Source of the DNA: an uncultured bacterium
GTDB lineage: Bacteria > Actinomycetota > Coriobacteriia > Coriobacteriales > Coriobacteriaceae
Length of the DNA stretch: 64,000 nucleotides
Assembly: GCA_905216175.1 (NCBI GenBank)
Contig: CAJMSV010000002.1
Coordinates: forward strand, 5,725-69,724
Direction: 5' to 3'
The position numbers and the translations under genes were made by a program. The notes below the pieces were generated by a model. That model was not told the DNA's origin, ran no database searches, and saw only the letters and a list, made by a program, of their open reading frames with translations. Of this stretch, positions 29,636-39,357 are shown in pieces; position 1 is the stretch's first letter; each line of letters opens with the position of its first letter.

Positions 29636-29820
29636 CCTATCCTCCCTTTTGCTCGAATTCGGCTAACTACCTAGGGTGTTTAGCATTATCTGTCTGCCAC
29701 ACCCGAATCATCAAGAAAACAAAAGCCGCGCGCTCTTTCGAGCACGCGGCTTTTAACATACACATGGCTTAAGGGGTCGGGGCGTGAGCCGCGTAGGGAC
29801 ACACCCCTCAAGCTAGAGCC

Positions 29821-30903
29821 TTACCAGATGCTCGGCCAGAGACCAAGCGGGCCAGCGCCCAGGATGCCAAGGACGAAGAGCAGGAGAATGCCCTTGGTCG
29901 GGGTCCAGCTGTGCTTAGCGAACATGTAGTAAAGCAGCAGCGTAAGCATAAGCGGGACGAGCTTCGGAACGATGGTGTTGAGGGTGTCGGCAACAGAGAA
30001 GTTGACCGGATCCTCGGTGACGGTAGCGTAGGTCACGGACTCCATGCCGTTGCCCAGATCGGCGACGCCGCACTTGACCTCGTTGCCGTCGGCATCGGTG
30101 GCGGTGCGGGCGATGCCGTCCTCATCGGTCATGGCGATGGTACCGGCCTCAGCGGTCTCGGTATCGATGCCCTCCATACCGGTGAAGTTCTCGGCCTCCT
30201 TCTCGGAGACGATCACGGTAGTAGGGGCAAGGCCACGGGTGGTGCCGTTGGGGATCTGGAGGTTGATCTGGGTGCCACCCATGGTGACGACCAGGCAACC
30301 GACGACGAAGACGCCCATGATGGAAGCGGCACGCGTGAAGGCCTGCATATTGGCGGTCAGAGCATCAATAGCGCTGGTGCCAAGCTTGTAGGACCAGTTC
30401 ATGAGCCAGAAGCGCAGAGCGAACTGGACGGCGTTGAAGATCACCAGGAAGATGATCGGCGCAGCGGCGTTGCCGTTGATGGCCATGTTGGAGGTGATGC
30501 CGGCCGTGATAGGCACGAGCGTCAGCCAGAACAGGGCGTCACCGATACCACCGAGCGGGCCCATTGCGGCGACGCGGACGGCGCGGATCGTGGGGATGTC
30601 AACCTTGTTCTGCTCGAGCGAAAGCACGATGCCCATAACAAAGGTGACGAGGAACGGGTGGGTGTTGAAGAACTCCAGGTTATGGCTCATGGAAGCCGCG
30701 AGGTCGTTCTTGTTGGTGTGGATCTTCTCCAGACCGGGGATGATGGAGTAAAGCCAGCCAGCGGCCTGCATGCGCTCGTAGTTGAACGATGCCTGCAGGA
30801 AGCAGGAGCGCCAAGCCATCTTGTTGAGGGTCTTCTGGTCGAGCTGCGGAGCAGGAGTGAGATCCTCGTAGTGCTCCGGGATCACATACTCATTAGATGC
30901 CAT
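29821..30903 (-). CDS. PTS mannose/GalNAc-family EIID
   Basis: QASFNYERMQ, FFNTHP and MGPLGGIGDALFW motifs; long acidic insertion near the C-terminus. Confidence 0.9.
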   Translation of the reverse strand: MASNEYVIPEHYEDLTPAPQLDQKTLNKMAWRSCFLQASFNYERMQAAGWLYSIIPGLEKIHTNKNDLAASMSHNLEFFNTHPFLVTFVMGIVLSLEQNKVDIPTIRAVRVAAMGPLGGIGDALFWLTLVPITAGITSNMAINGNAAAPIIFLVIFNAVQFALRFWLMNWSYKLGTSAIDALTANMQAFTRAASIMGVFVVGCLVVTMGGTQINLQIPNGTTRGLAPTTVIVSEKEAENFTGMEGIDTETAEAGTIAMTDEDGIARTATDADGNEVKCGVADLGNGMESVTYATVTEDPVNFSVADTLNTIVPKLVPLMLTLLLYYMFAKHSWTPTKGILLLFVLGILGAGPLGLWPSIW

Positions 30904-31693
30904 CTTCGAAGTCACCTCCGTCAGAAACAGCTGCACCCTTCAGCTCGGTCTGCTGCTGGAAGTCCCAGAAAGCGATGCCGAAGCCGATGAGAGCGAGGAT
31001 GAGCAGAGCAGGGGTTGCCAGCGAATCGTTGGCAACGGTGATGAGCGCGAGGCCGAAGCCCATGAGGAAGAAGCCCCACATATCGCGGTTCATCATAACC
31101 TTGAGCAGGACGGCGAAGCCGACGAAGCGCATCATGCCGCCTGCAGCGGACAGACCGGTCTGCAGCCACGTCGGGATGGCAGAAGCGATGGTCTGACCGA
31201 TGGTAGCGCCAGCGATGAAGAACAGGGTGACGACGACAGCGAAGATCAGGCCGAGCAGAGCCATGGCGAAGTAGTTCAGGCGCTCGATGCCCTTGGTGTC
31301 CGCGTTGTGAGCCATGTTATCGGCCGTGGACATAAGCGGGGACATAAGCGTGAAGACCAGGGTAACGCCAAGCTGGCCAAGCAGAGCGAACGGAATGGCG
31401 AGGCCGACTGCCGCGTTGGGCTCGAGGCCCGTGGCGATAGCGAGAATGGCTGCCATGATGCCGCCGATGACGGCGTTAGGCGGCTGAGCGCCTCCGATCG
31501 GCATGTTGCCGATCGTCATGAGCTGATAGGTACCACCCACGAGAAGACCGGTGTTGAGGTCGCCAAGGATAAGACCGATGACGGCGCCGGTGACGATGGG
31601 CTGATAGAGAGACTCGAGGAAGTCAAACTGGTCGATTGCCGCGATGAACGTAACAACGAAGACCAGAGCGATCTGGATGATCGAGTATTCCAT
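30893..31693 (-). CDS. PTS mannose/GalNAc-family EIIC
   Basis: QPIVTG...GDLNTGL, GGAQPPN motifs; hydrophobic. Confidence 0.9.
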   Translation of the reverse strand: MEYSIIQIALVFVVTFIAAIDQFDFLESLYQPIVTGAVIGLILGDLNTGLLVGGTYQLMTIGNMPIGGAQPPNAVIGGIMAAILAIATGLEPNAAVGLAIPFALLGQLGVTLVFTLMSPLMSTADNMAHNADTKGIERLNYFAMALLGLIFAVVVTLFFIAGATIGQTIASAIPTWLQTGLSAAGGMMRFVGFAVLLKVMMNRDMWGFFLMGFGLALITVANDSLATPALLILALIGFGIAFWDFQQQTELKGAAVSDGGDFEDGI

Positions 31694-31783
31694 CTTGCTC
31701 CTCCTTTCAAAATGTATGTACGCACTTTGGATTTCACGTACAGAACGTCAGGGTTTCACTCCTGACAACGTGGATCACGAGGA

Positions 31784-32266
31784 TTACGAGAAGAGCTTGC
31801 TCGTGTCCTCAACAGGCGTGCTCGGAACGCGCCTGATCTCCAACTCCACCCCCAATTCCTGCAGCTCTTTAAACGCAGCGACATCCTCGTCGTTAACTGC
31901 GACGGAGGTGGCGACTTGGCGCTTTCCTTCCGACATGTGCATGTTGCCGATGTTTACCTTCTTTATAGGCACACCGCCCTTGACGAGCGTAAGCACGTCT
32001 TCCGGTGTTTCGGCCACGATGAAGATCTTCTGGCGCGGGCTCGCCTTGCCAATGACGTCGATGGTCTTCTGCAGAGAGAAGAAACGCGTAGCGACGCCGG
32101 CGGGAGCGGCCATCTTCATGAGGTTCTGGCGCATGGTGTTGGTCGCCACGTCGTCGTTGGCGACGAGGATGAGGTTGGAGCCCAGAGTGGAGTTCCACTG
32201 GGTGGCAACCTGACCATGAACCAGTCGGTTATCGATGCGGGTAAGAAGAATGTTGGGTTCTGCCAT
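31784..32266 (-). CDS. PTS mannose/GalNAc-family EIIB (AgaV-like)
   Basis: RIDNRLVHGQV with the phosphorylatable His; VNIGNMH. Confidence 0.92.
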   Translation of the reverse strand: MAEPNILLTRIDNRLVHGQVATQWNSTLGSNLILVANDDVATNTMRQNLMKMAAPAGVATRFFSLQKTIDVIGKASPRQKIFIVAETPEDVLTLVKGGVPIKKVNIGNMHMSEGKRQVATSVAVNDEDVAAFKELQELGVELEIRRVPSTPVEDTSKLFS

Positions 32267-32302
32267 GTTGATCAGCTTCCTTTCGTTATTTGCTGACGAC
32301 AG

Positions 32303-32584
32303 TTACTTGATCTCCTGAATCGCGTAACGCGAAACGTCTACGACGGCTCCGGATCGGACTTTGATCTGGACCTTTTCGCCTTCGATGCCTTTTACGGTTC
32401 CGTAGATACCGCCGGCGAAAAGAACCTCCTGACCCGGCTTGAGCTCGGTATGCAGCTCCTTGAAGTACTTCTGCTTCTTCTTCATGTTGATTTGCGACCA
32501 GATGGTGTAAATCAAGCCCATGATGACAAGCAGGCCCAAAAGAGCGATCGAGGAGCTCAAGACGCTGGCTCCGAAATCGGCCAT
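32303..32584 (-). CDS. YajC-like small membrane protein
   Basis: One TM helix then LKPGQEVLFAGGIYGTV...VSRYAI. Confidence 0.8.
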   Translation of the reverse strand: MADFGASVLSSSIALLGLLVIMGLIYTIWSQINMKKKQKYFKELHTELKPGQEVLFAGGIYGTVKGIEGEKVQIKVRSGAVVDVSRYAIQEIK

Positions 32585-33027
32585 TAGATGCCGTCCTCGT
32601 CGCCGAAGATATCCTCTTCCTCGGCACCAGCAACGGATGCGACCGTCTGGGCGGTGATGCCCGTCTGGCCAACGGTCACTGCCTGCTCGCCAAGCTCGGC
32701 AAGCGTGGCATTGCCGCGGAGGAACAGAAGCTCAATAACCATGGGAAGGTTGGTGCCAGTCAGAACCTCGACGTTGTCGACATCCTGGGCAATCATCATC
32801 GACTGGTTGAACGGGGTGCCGCCAAGCAGGTCGGTAAAGACGAGCACGCCATCGCACTCCTCGCGCATGGCGGTAATAGCGGCGCGGAGATCCTCACCGT
32901 AGGAAGCAGCCTGGTCGCCCTCAAAAGGAACGACGGTAAAAGCGGGCTGGTCGCCGGCAACCATAGCGATAGCGCTAGCTAGGCCGGGTGCGAACTGTCC
33001 ATGACCGGTAAGAATAAAGCCAACCAT
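32584..33027 (-). CDS. PTS mannose/GalNAc-family EIIA
   Basis: ILTGHGQFA, TDLLGGTPFN and GTNLPM motifs. Confidence 0.92.
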   Translation of the reverse strand: MVGFILTGHGQFAPGLASAIAMVAGDQPAFTVVPFEGDQAASYGEDLRAAITAMREECDGVLVFTDLLGGTPFNQSMMIAQDVDNVEVLTGTNLPMVIELLFLRGNATLAELGEQAVTVGQTGITAQTVASVAGAEEEDIFGDEDGI

Positions 33028-33143
33028 TCAAATTTCCCTTCCGAAGGTGTGTACAATCTGAGTCCGATGATTTTCGGAAGCCAGCGGGCGCTCGCCCTTA
33101 AAGCTTCTTAGAAAGCGTTCTTTGAAGACCAGTGGTTTCTAAA

Positions 33144-33157
33144 CTGGTAGTAACCAC
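33144..33157. promoter_or_regulatory. NagR/DasR-like operator upstream of the PTS operon
   Basis: CTGGTAGTAACCAC, 13/14 identical to 28851-28864. Confidence 0.65.
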
Positions 33158-33725
33158 GTGACGTGTTGTTGTCACTATATCACCCCAGAAGAGGTCGCTT
33201 TCGTTGATTCATACGGTAAAACGTTTTTGCACCGCTCACGGTGATATTTCGACCGTTTACCGGTCGTTAACACTTCTACCTGCGTTTTGAAACCGTTTCG
33301 AAATGCTTTGGCAAAAGATCGGAACTTTTCCTGTCCCTAAACAACGCAGGGCGGCTAAAAATAGCGTGTAGAAAAATTGCAGGTCATTGTGAAGATATGT
33401 GAATTGGTCTTTTTGACTTAATACCAGTTAGAACCAGTTTTGAGATTATCGGTGAACGGTAGTTTTCGACCGTTCACCGGTTACTTGCAATCGTTTGCAG
33501 TTGTTTTCCCATATGAATTAGGGAAACACAATGGAGCGCTTGCGCGATCAAGGGAAGTTTTGACATTTGTCCTCATCCCCGCGCCAAACTCCGACACCCA
33601 AAACGAGCTAATAGTTCATGCTAATCGTTTTCAATCATTACTTACTCAGAATACGTAATTATTTATCGTTTATCGTTAATTCTGATATGATACATGTATC
33701 AACCAAATCGCCGATTGGAGGGGTT

Positions 33726-34364
33726 ATGGTCCATCGAAACGCATCTATATCGAATGAAACCATCAGCCGCGAACAGACGATAGCCAAACTGAGGAAGCTC
33801 GCTCGCATCTGCAAATGGGCCACGATCTGCATTACCACCGCGCTCGCTCTGGGACTCCTCGCAGTCATTGCGATTGACCTTCTACTCATATTTCCTGGCC
33901 TCTCCCAAGGGTCATGTCTCCAATCCGTAGAACTTCAAGCCGGCGAAGGGCCGTGCCTGGCTATCGTCGGTACCGATGCGCAGGCCCCACTTATGCTCGT
34001 CGCACACGATGGTCACACTGCCATAGGAAGCCTCTTGATGACATGTCTCGCGCTTGCCATCGCGATAAGCGTGCACAGGCTTTTCTTCAACATTGAAAAG
34101 AAAGGCAGACCCTTTGACCTCGAATGCAACCAGACGCTTCGTCGAGTAGGACATTTATTCCTTATCGGCGGCGTTGCCGTGAGGCTTCTTGGTGCCGTAA
34201 TCACGGGATTGATACTCTCAGGATTTGGCGGCAGCTTTACGGATGCGTTCGTCGGCCAGTTATTCGAGCCCTCCATGCTCTTTGCAGGCCTGATTATTTG
34301 CCTGATTGCCAGTATCTTCCGCTACGGGTATATCCTGCAAAAACAAGATGACGAGTTGCTCTAG
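33726..34364 (+). CDS. DUF2975-type membrane protein
   Basis: About 4 TM segments, GRPF..., IFRYGYILQKQDDELL C-terminus; paired with an HTH gene; GGAGG RBS. Confidence 0.75.
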   Translation: MVHRNASISNETISREQTIAKLRKLARICKWATICITTALALGLLAVIAIDLLLIFPGLSQGSCLQSVELQAGEGPCLAIVGTDAQAPLMLVAHDGHTAIGSLLMTCLALAIAISVHRLFFNIEKKGRPFDLECNQTLRRVGHLFLIGGVAVRLLGAVITGLILSGFGGSFTDAFVGQLFEPSMLFAGLIICLIASIFRYGYILQKQDDELL

Positions 34365-34373
34365 GGGGAATCC

Positions 34374-34613
34374 ATGATTATTCTGCGGCTTGACCGCATG
34401 CTCGCCGAACGCAAGATCTCATCCAAAGAACTTGCGGAACGCGTGGGCATCTCCCAAGTCAATATGTCGCGCATAAAGACTGGCAAGGTTTCTGCCATAC
34501 GTTTTTCAACTCTTGACGCGATATGTCGGGCACTCGACTGCCAACCGGGCGATGTACTGGAATATATATCCGACGATGAAGCCGATAGCCTTTTTGGACT
34601 TAAAGATGAATAG
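34374..34613 (+). CDS. YozG-like Cro/C1 HTH regulator
   Basis: IILRLDRMLAERK...AIRFSTLDAICRALDCQPGDVLEY. Confidence 0.88.
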   Translation: MIILRLDRMLAERKISSKELAERVGISQVNMSRIKTGKVSAIRFSTLDAICRALDCQPGDVLEYISDDEADSLFGLKDE

Positions 34614-34727
34614 CCATAATTAAGCCGCCAATCACGCCCTCAACGCAAAAAGTCCGCCAGAACGACTTCCGTACTGGCGGACTTTCTGCTGTCTATCGGC
34701 TAGATGCTCGATGAGCCGTGCGACTCT

Positions 34728-35813
34728 TTACGCAAACAGGCCGTAGATGCTGATGTTGGCCTTGGCGTAGAGGCCGTTAGCATACTCGGTCCACTTGGAG
34801 CTGGCGCTCGAAGCCTGCGAAGAGTACTGCTGGTAAGCAGTGTAGTAGGCGGTCATGGCCTGCTTATAGGTGGCGCTATCGGCCGTAAAGGCATCGTCGG
34901 CAAAGGCCTTAGCGTAGGTGCCGTTCTCGTCCTTCCAGGTACCCTTCGAGCTATCCCACTCGTCGCCGGCAAGGTTGACGATGTAGTCGGCGTAATCCTT
35001 GCTCGCGGTGTCCTCATTGCCGTCAGAAGGCTCGGTCGGAGCGGTCGGCATGCTTGCGGAGCTATCGCCCACCTTCTTCTTGTAGAGCTTCTGCAGCGTC
35101 GCGGACTGGCGGACGATCTGTTTGGCCTGGTCCTTGGACACGCCATACTGCGTGGCCATGGTCTTGTAGTCCGAAGTACCGATGGAATCCTCGGCGTACT
35201 GCTTCATTTCCTTGGAAGAGACGGCAATGCCCTCGTCCTCGGCAGCGTCGAGCAGGATCTTGTTGCGCACGTAGGACAGGATGACGTCGGCAGAAGGAGC
35301 GGTGTAGTTGCCATCGCTATCCTTGACGGTGTCGAGGCTGTACTGGCTCTCGATGGCCTCGCGCGCGGTGATGTCGCTCTTCTTGCCGTTGTAGCTGTAG
35401 CTTGCCACGGTCGAATCGAGCTGGTCCTCGGTGAGGGTCGCCGAGCCGACGCCCTTGCCGCCAAAACCACCGTTGCCGATAAAGAAGCCGACCACAGCAG
35501 CGATCACGATAGCGACCACAAAGGCGGCAATCATCGTCTTCTTGTGCTTGCAAGCGTGGTCGTCCACGTCGGAGTCGTCGTCCTCGTCCTGCTCCTCGGA
35601 CATGAGGTTCTCGTCGGCGGCATCCGCGGCAATCTGAGCCTCCAGACGGGCGTCTTCCTCCTCGGCAGTCGTGCCGGCAGCAATGTGCTCGGCAGACGTA
35701 CCGGTGACCAGATCGATCTTCTCGTCCTCGTCACCGTCGGGGCCTTCGCCGCGCTCGATGATCTGAATGCCGTCGATCTCGTCCTTCTCGTCCTTCTTTT
35801 GAATCAGACCCAT
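34728..35813 (-). CDS. Membrane-anchored protein with SurA/PrsA N-terminal-like domain
   Basis: Acidic N-terminus, one TM helix, VRNKILLDAAEDEGIAVS...QYGVS pattern; no parvulin domain recognised. Confidence 0.55.
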   Translation of the reverse strand: MGLIQKKDEKDEIDGIQIIERGEGPDGDEDEKIDLVTGTSAEHIAAGTTAEEEDARLEAQIAADAADENLMSEEQDEDDDSDVDDHACKHKKTMIAAFVVAIVIAAVVGFFIGNGGFGGKGVGSATLTEDQLDSTVASYSYNGKKSDITAREAIESQYSLDTVKDSDGNYTAPSADVILSYVRNKILLDAAEDEGIAVSSKEMKQYAEDSIGTSDYKTMATQYGVSKDQAKQIVRQSATLQKLYKKKVGDSSASMPTAPTEPSDGNEDTASKDYADYIVNLAGDEWDSSKGTWKDENGTYAKAFADDAFTADSATYKQAMTAYYTAYQQYSSQASSASSKWTEYANGLYAKANISIYGLFA

Positions 35814-35939
35814 ATCGGTTACTCCTTGTTAGGAAACATAGTCCTCAATAGAATACGCCCGACAGAGCGCCGGGCGTATTGATTCTTAGGTTATACGCAA
35901 ACACTTAAGTACAATTTAGGCGTTTGCAGCGTGCATGCC

Positions 35940-37025
35940 TTAGACCAGGTGCGCGATAACGGCATCGGCAAAGGCCTGCGTGCCCACAGCGCCCTCAACG
36001 GAGCCAGTCTGGGCACGACGCACGTCACCGGTAACTTGCTCGCCCTCGTCGAGCGTGGCGGACACGGCGGCGCGGATACGATTGGCCGCATCGTTCTCAC
36101 CCAGATGATCGAGCATCATAGCCGCAGACAGAATCTCGGCCGTGGGGTTGGCGATATCCTGGCCCGCGATATCGGGCGCGGAGCCGTGCGTAGCCTCAAA
36201 GATGGCGCAATCGGCACCAATGTTGGAGCCGGGGGCCATGCCCAGACCGCCCACCAGGCCGGCGCACAGATCGCTCACGATGTCGCCGTACAGGTTGGGC
36301 AGCACCAGGACATCGAAGTCATTGGGGTTCTGGACCAGGCCCATGCAGGTGGCGTCGACGATCTTGTCGTTGAACTCGATATCGGGATAGTCGGCGGCCA
36401 CCTCGCGCGCCACGCGCAGGAACAGGCCGTCGGTCGCCTTCATGATGTTGGCCTTGTGCACGGCCGTCACCTTTTTACGGCCACAGCGGCGGGCATACTC
36501 AAAGGCATACTCCACAATGCGGCGGCTCTTGGCGATGGAGATGGGCTTGATCGAGATGGCGGAATCGGCGGCGAAGGTCTTCTGACCCGAGCGCTCGACA
36601 AGCTGCGAGAGCTCCTCGACCTCGGCAGCGCCCTCATCGAACTCGATGCCGGCGTAGAGGTCCTCGGTGTTCTCGCGCACGATGACCAGGTCGACATCGC
36701 AGAAGCGCGAGCCGTCGCCCGGCTGCGACAGGCAGGGGCGCACACAAGCATACAGGTCGAAGTGCTTGCGAAGGGCAACGTTAACGCTGCGGAAACCCGT
36801 GCCGACCGGCGTGGTGATGGGACCCTTGATGGCAACCTTGGTCTCGGCGACCGCATCGAGCACGTGCTGGGGCAGCGGCGTGTCAAACTCGTCCATGACG
36901 CCGGCACCGGCCTCCTGGACATTCCAATTGATCTGGACACCGGTGGCCTCGACCACGCGGCGCATGGCCTGCGTAATCTCGGGACCGATACCGTCACCGG
37001 GAATCAGGACTACATCGTGCGCCAT
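35940..37025 (-). CDS. Isocitrate/isopropylmalate dehydrogenase family, probably NAD-dependent IDH
   Basis: [40 protein letters not shown] and [12 protein letters not shown] motifs. Confidence 0.88.
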   Translation of the reverse strand: MAHDVVLIPGDGIGPEITQAMRRVVEATGVQINWNVQEAGAGVMDEFDTPLPQHVLDAVAETKVAIKGPITTPVGTGFRSVNVALRKHFDLYACVRPCLSQPGDGSRFCDVDLVIVRENTEDLYAGIEFDEGAAEVEELSQLVERSGQKTFAADSAISIKPISIAKSRRIVEYAFEYARRCGRKKVTAVHKANIMKATDGLFLRVAREVAADYPDIEFNDKIVDATCMGLVQNPNDFDVLVLPNLYGDIVSDLCAGLVGGLGMAPGSNIGADCAIFEATHGSAPDIAGQDIANPTAEILSAAMMLDHLGENDAANRIRAAVSATLDEGEQVTGDVRRAQTGSVEGAVGTQAFADAVIAHLV

Positions 37026-37031
37026 AATCTG

Positions 37032-37730
37032 TTACTCCTCGTCTTCGGCGGCGTCAGATTTTTTAACGCTAGCACGCTTCTTCTTTTTGGAGAGATCCAG
37101 GCCAAAACGTTTAACAAGCATTTCGCAAATCTCGCTCGAACGGGCCTTGAGATAGCTGCCCTTGCCGTTCTCGGCGTCGAACTTAAGGCGCAGCGCGAGC
37201 TTCTCGGCAACCTCAGCGTCGATCTCGCCCTGGCAAAACTCGTACAGGCAACCGAGCATGTCGCGATACTCGAGGTCGCCGTGGTAGCACTGGATGGCCT
37301 CGTCCAGGATGGGCCAAGCCTCGCGCGAACGCTCGACGCTCGTGGCACCCCACACGCACAGCAGGCGGAAGGCGGCATAGCGCAGCGTGGAGGAGATCTC
37401 GTCGAACAGCGCAGTCTCGGCGCCCTCAAAGGCATCGCCCAGCTGCTCGGGGCAGGTGGTAGCGAGCGCCGTCAGGGCATCGAGGGCCTCCCAGCGGGTC
37501 TGAGCCTCGGGGCGGTCGAGAGCCTCGATCAGCGCGGGCACGCAGGGCACGACGCGCTGCGGATCGCGCTCGGCAAGCAGGTGCAGCACGCGGGCGGCAA
37601 ACTGGCGGATGCGTCGCGTGGGGCAGCCGAGCTCCTTGACCAGGCGGTCGACGGCGTTCTCGTTCTCCTCTGCCAGCTGAAGCTGTGCCAGCTCCTCGTC
37701 GGTGAGCTGTTCGTCTTTGTTTTCTGCCAT
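37032..37730 (-). CDS. HEAT-repeat-like hypothetical protein
   Basis: Helical repeats such as VPALIEALDRPEAQTRWEALDAL; host-like codon use; inside an operon. Confidence 0.7.
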   Translation of the reverse strand: MAENKDEQLTDEELAQLQLAEENENAVDRLVKELGCPTRRIRQFAARVLHLLAERDPQRVVPCVPALIEALDRPEAQTRWEALDALTALATTCPEQLGDAFEGAETALFDEISSTLRYAAFRLLCVWGATSVERSREAWPILDEAIQCYHGDLEYRDMLGCLYEFCQGEIDAEVAEKLALRLKFDAENGKGSYLKARSSEICEMLVKRFGLDLSKKKKRASVKKSDAAEDEE

Positions 37731-37745
37731 AGTTACCTCTTCTTA

Positions 37746-38174
37746 CTATTTCTTAGCGTGCTTGCCAGCACCCTTGCTGTCATCGGTGACCGAGATGAGC
37801 TGTCGGTCGGCCGCGCCATTGCGACGCGCACGGCGGCGTTCCTCAGCGTCGCCCGCGTCGGCGGCGGCGCGGTGTGCCTTGTTGACGTTAAAGACCTCGT
37901 CGTGCTTGCGCCACGGACCGACGGACTCGCCAAAGCTCATCTTAAGACCGGCGATAAAGCCGCCGAGCCAGCCGATCGGCGCAAACTGCACCAGCGGGAA
38001 CAACGAGAACACCCAGGTCAGCAGGACGACTGCCGCCGCTCCCGCAAAGTTGGCAATCCAGTAGTCGCGCTTGGTGATGACACGCTTTTCGCACGCCCAC
38101 TGGCCGCACAAAAAGCCAATGTAGATCGCGAAGAGAAAGAGCACCAGCGCAAGCACCACGAACGTCCAGCTCAT
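37746..38174 (-). CDS. Hypothetical membrane protein
   Basis: Three hydrophobic segments; tightly packed in the operon. Confidence 0.7.
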   Translation of the reverse strand: MSWTFVVLALVLFLFAIYIGFLCGQWACEKRVITKRDYWIANFAGAAAVVLLTWVFSLFPLVQFAPIGWLGGFIAGLKMSFGESVGPWRKHDEVFNVNKAHRAAADAGDAEERRRARRNGAADRQLISVTDDSKGAGKHAKK

Positions 38175-38179
38175 GGGCG

Positions 38180-39259
38180 CTACTCCCCGTGATGGTGGCC
38201 GCAGCAGCACTCGTGGCCGTCGTCATGGCCGTGGCCGCCGCAGCACTCGTGGTCCTCGCCATGGTGGTGGCCGCAACCGCACTCATGGTCGTCGCCGTGC
38301 TCGCCGCAACCGCAGCCTTCCTCGTGAGCGCCATGCTCCTCGGGACGATACTGCGACCAGTCCAGACCGGCGGCGATGGCGTCGGCCTCCTCCTTGTAGA
38401 GTACCGTGATGGCCTGGGTGCCCAGCTTGGCACCACCGATGGCGTCGAGCATGTCGTAGAGCGTAAAGGCCACGTCGGCGCCGGGCAGCGCAAGCTCGCG
38501 GTCGTCGGCATAGGCGAGCGCCAAGCGCAGGTCCTTGATGAAGTGCTCGACCATAAAGCCGGGCTTGTAGTCGCCGTCGAGCGCCTTGGGCGCCAGGCTC
38601 TCCATAGCGCCGGACTTGCCGGTGCCGCCCAGGATCATCTGACGGGTCTTCTCCAGGTCAAGGCCGCTCAGCTCGGCAAATGCCATGGCGTCTGCCATGC
38701 CGACCATGCAGGCGCCCAGCGACACCTGGTTGGCGAGCTTAGCAGCCTGGCCCTTGCCGGCGCCGTCGAAGCAGCAGATGGTTGCCGCGAAGGTGGCAAG
38801 GATGTCGCGGACCGGCGCGATGTCGTTCTCGGTGGCGCCCACGATAGCCGTAAGCGTGCCGGCGATAGCACCCGACTCGCCGCCGGTGACGGGGCAGTCA
38901 AACGCCATGCGACCAGAAACCTGGGCGGCCTCGGCAATGTCACGGGCGAGCTCGGGCGAGCTCGTGGTGAGGTCGATCAGGACCGCGCCGGGCTTAGTGC
39001 ACGCGAGCAGGCCGTCGCCCGCCAGGTAGAGCTCCTCGACCTCGGAGGGATAGCCCACCATGGTAAAAACGACATCGGCGTTAGCCACGGCATCGGCCGG
39101 CGTATCGGCCCAAGCGGCACCGCGCTCGATAAGCGCGGCAGCCTTGGACTTGGTGCGGTTGTTGACCGTGACGGGATAGCCGGCATCCAGGATGTGACCG
39201 GCGATGGGGGCACCCATGATTCCGGTGCCGATAAATGCGACGGAGAGCTTGTTTGCCAT
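38180..39259 (-). CDS. NAD(P)-dependent beta-hydroxyacid dehydrogenase (3-hydroxyisobutyrate DH family) with His/Cys-rich tail
   Basis: FIGTGIMG, DCPVTGG, GQAAKLANQ and FIKDL motifs. Confidence 0.88.
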   Translation of the reverse strand: MANKLSVAFIGTGIMGAPIAGHILDAGYPVTVNNRTKSKAAALIERGAAWADTPADAVANADVVFTMVGYPSEVEELYLAGDGLLACTKPGAVLIDLTTSSPELARDIAEAAQVSGRMAFDCPVTGGESGAIAGTLTAIVGATENDIAPVRDILATFAATICCFDGAGKGQAAKLANQVSLGACMVGMADAMAFAELSGLDLEKTRQMILGGTGKSGAMESLAPKALDGDYKPGFMVEHFIKDLRLALAYADDRELALPGADVAFTLYDMLDAIGGAKLGTQAITVLYKEEADAIAAGLDWSQYRPEEHGAHEEGCGCGEHGDDHECGCGHHHGEDHECCGGHGHDDGHECCCGHHHGE

Positions 39260-39357
39260 GAAACCTTTCCTTTTGGGTTGGGTGTTATTACCAGGTTGAA
39301 TACTCGGTGCCAGCGTTTGGGCTGTGAGTCGAGGGCGATTACGGACGCAGCGCTTGC

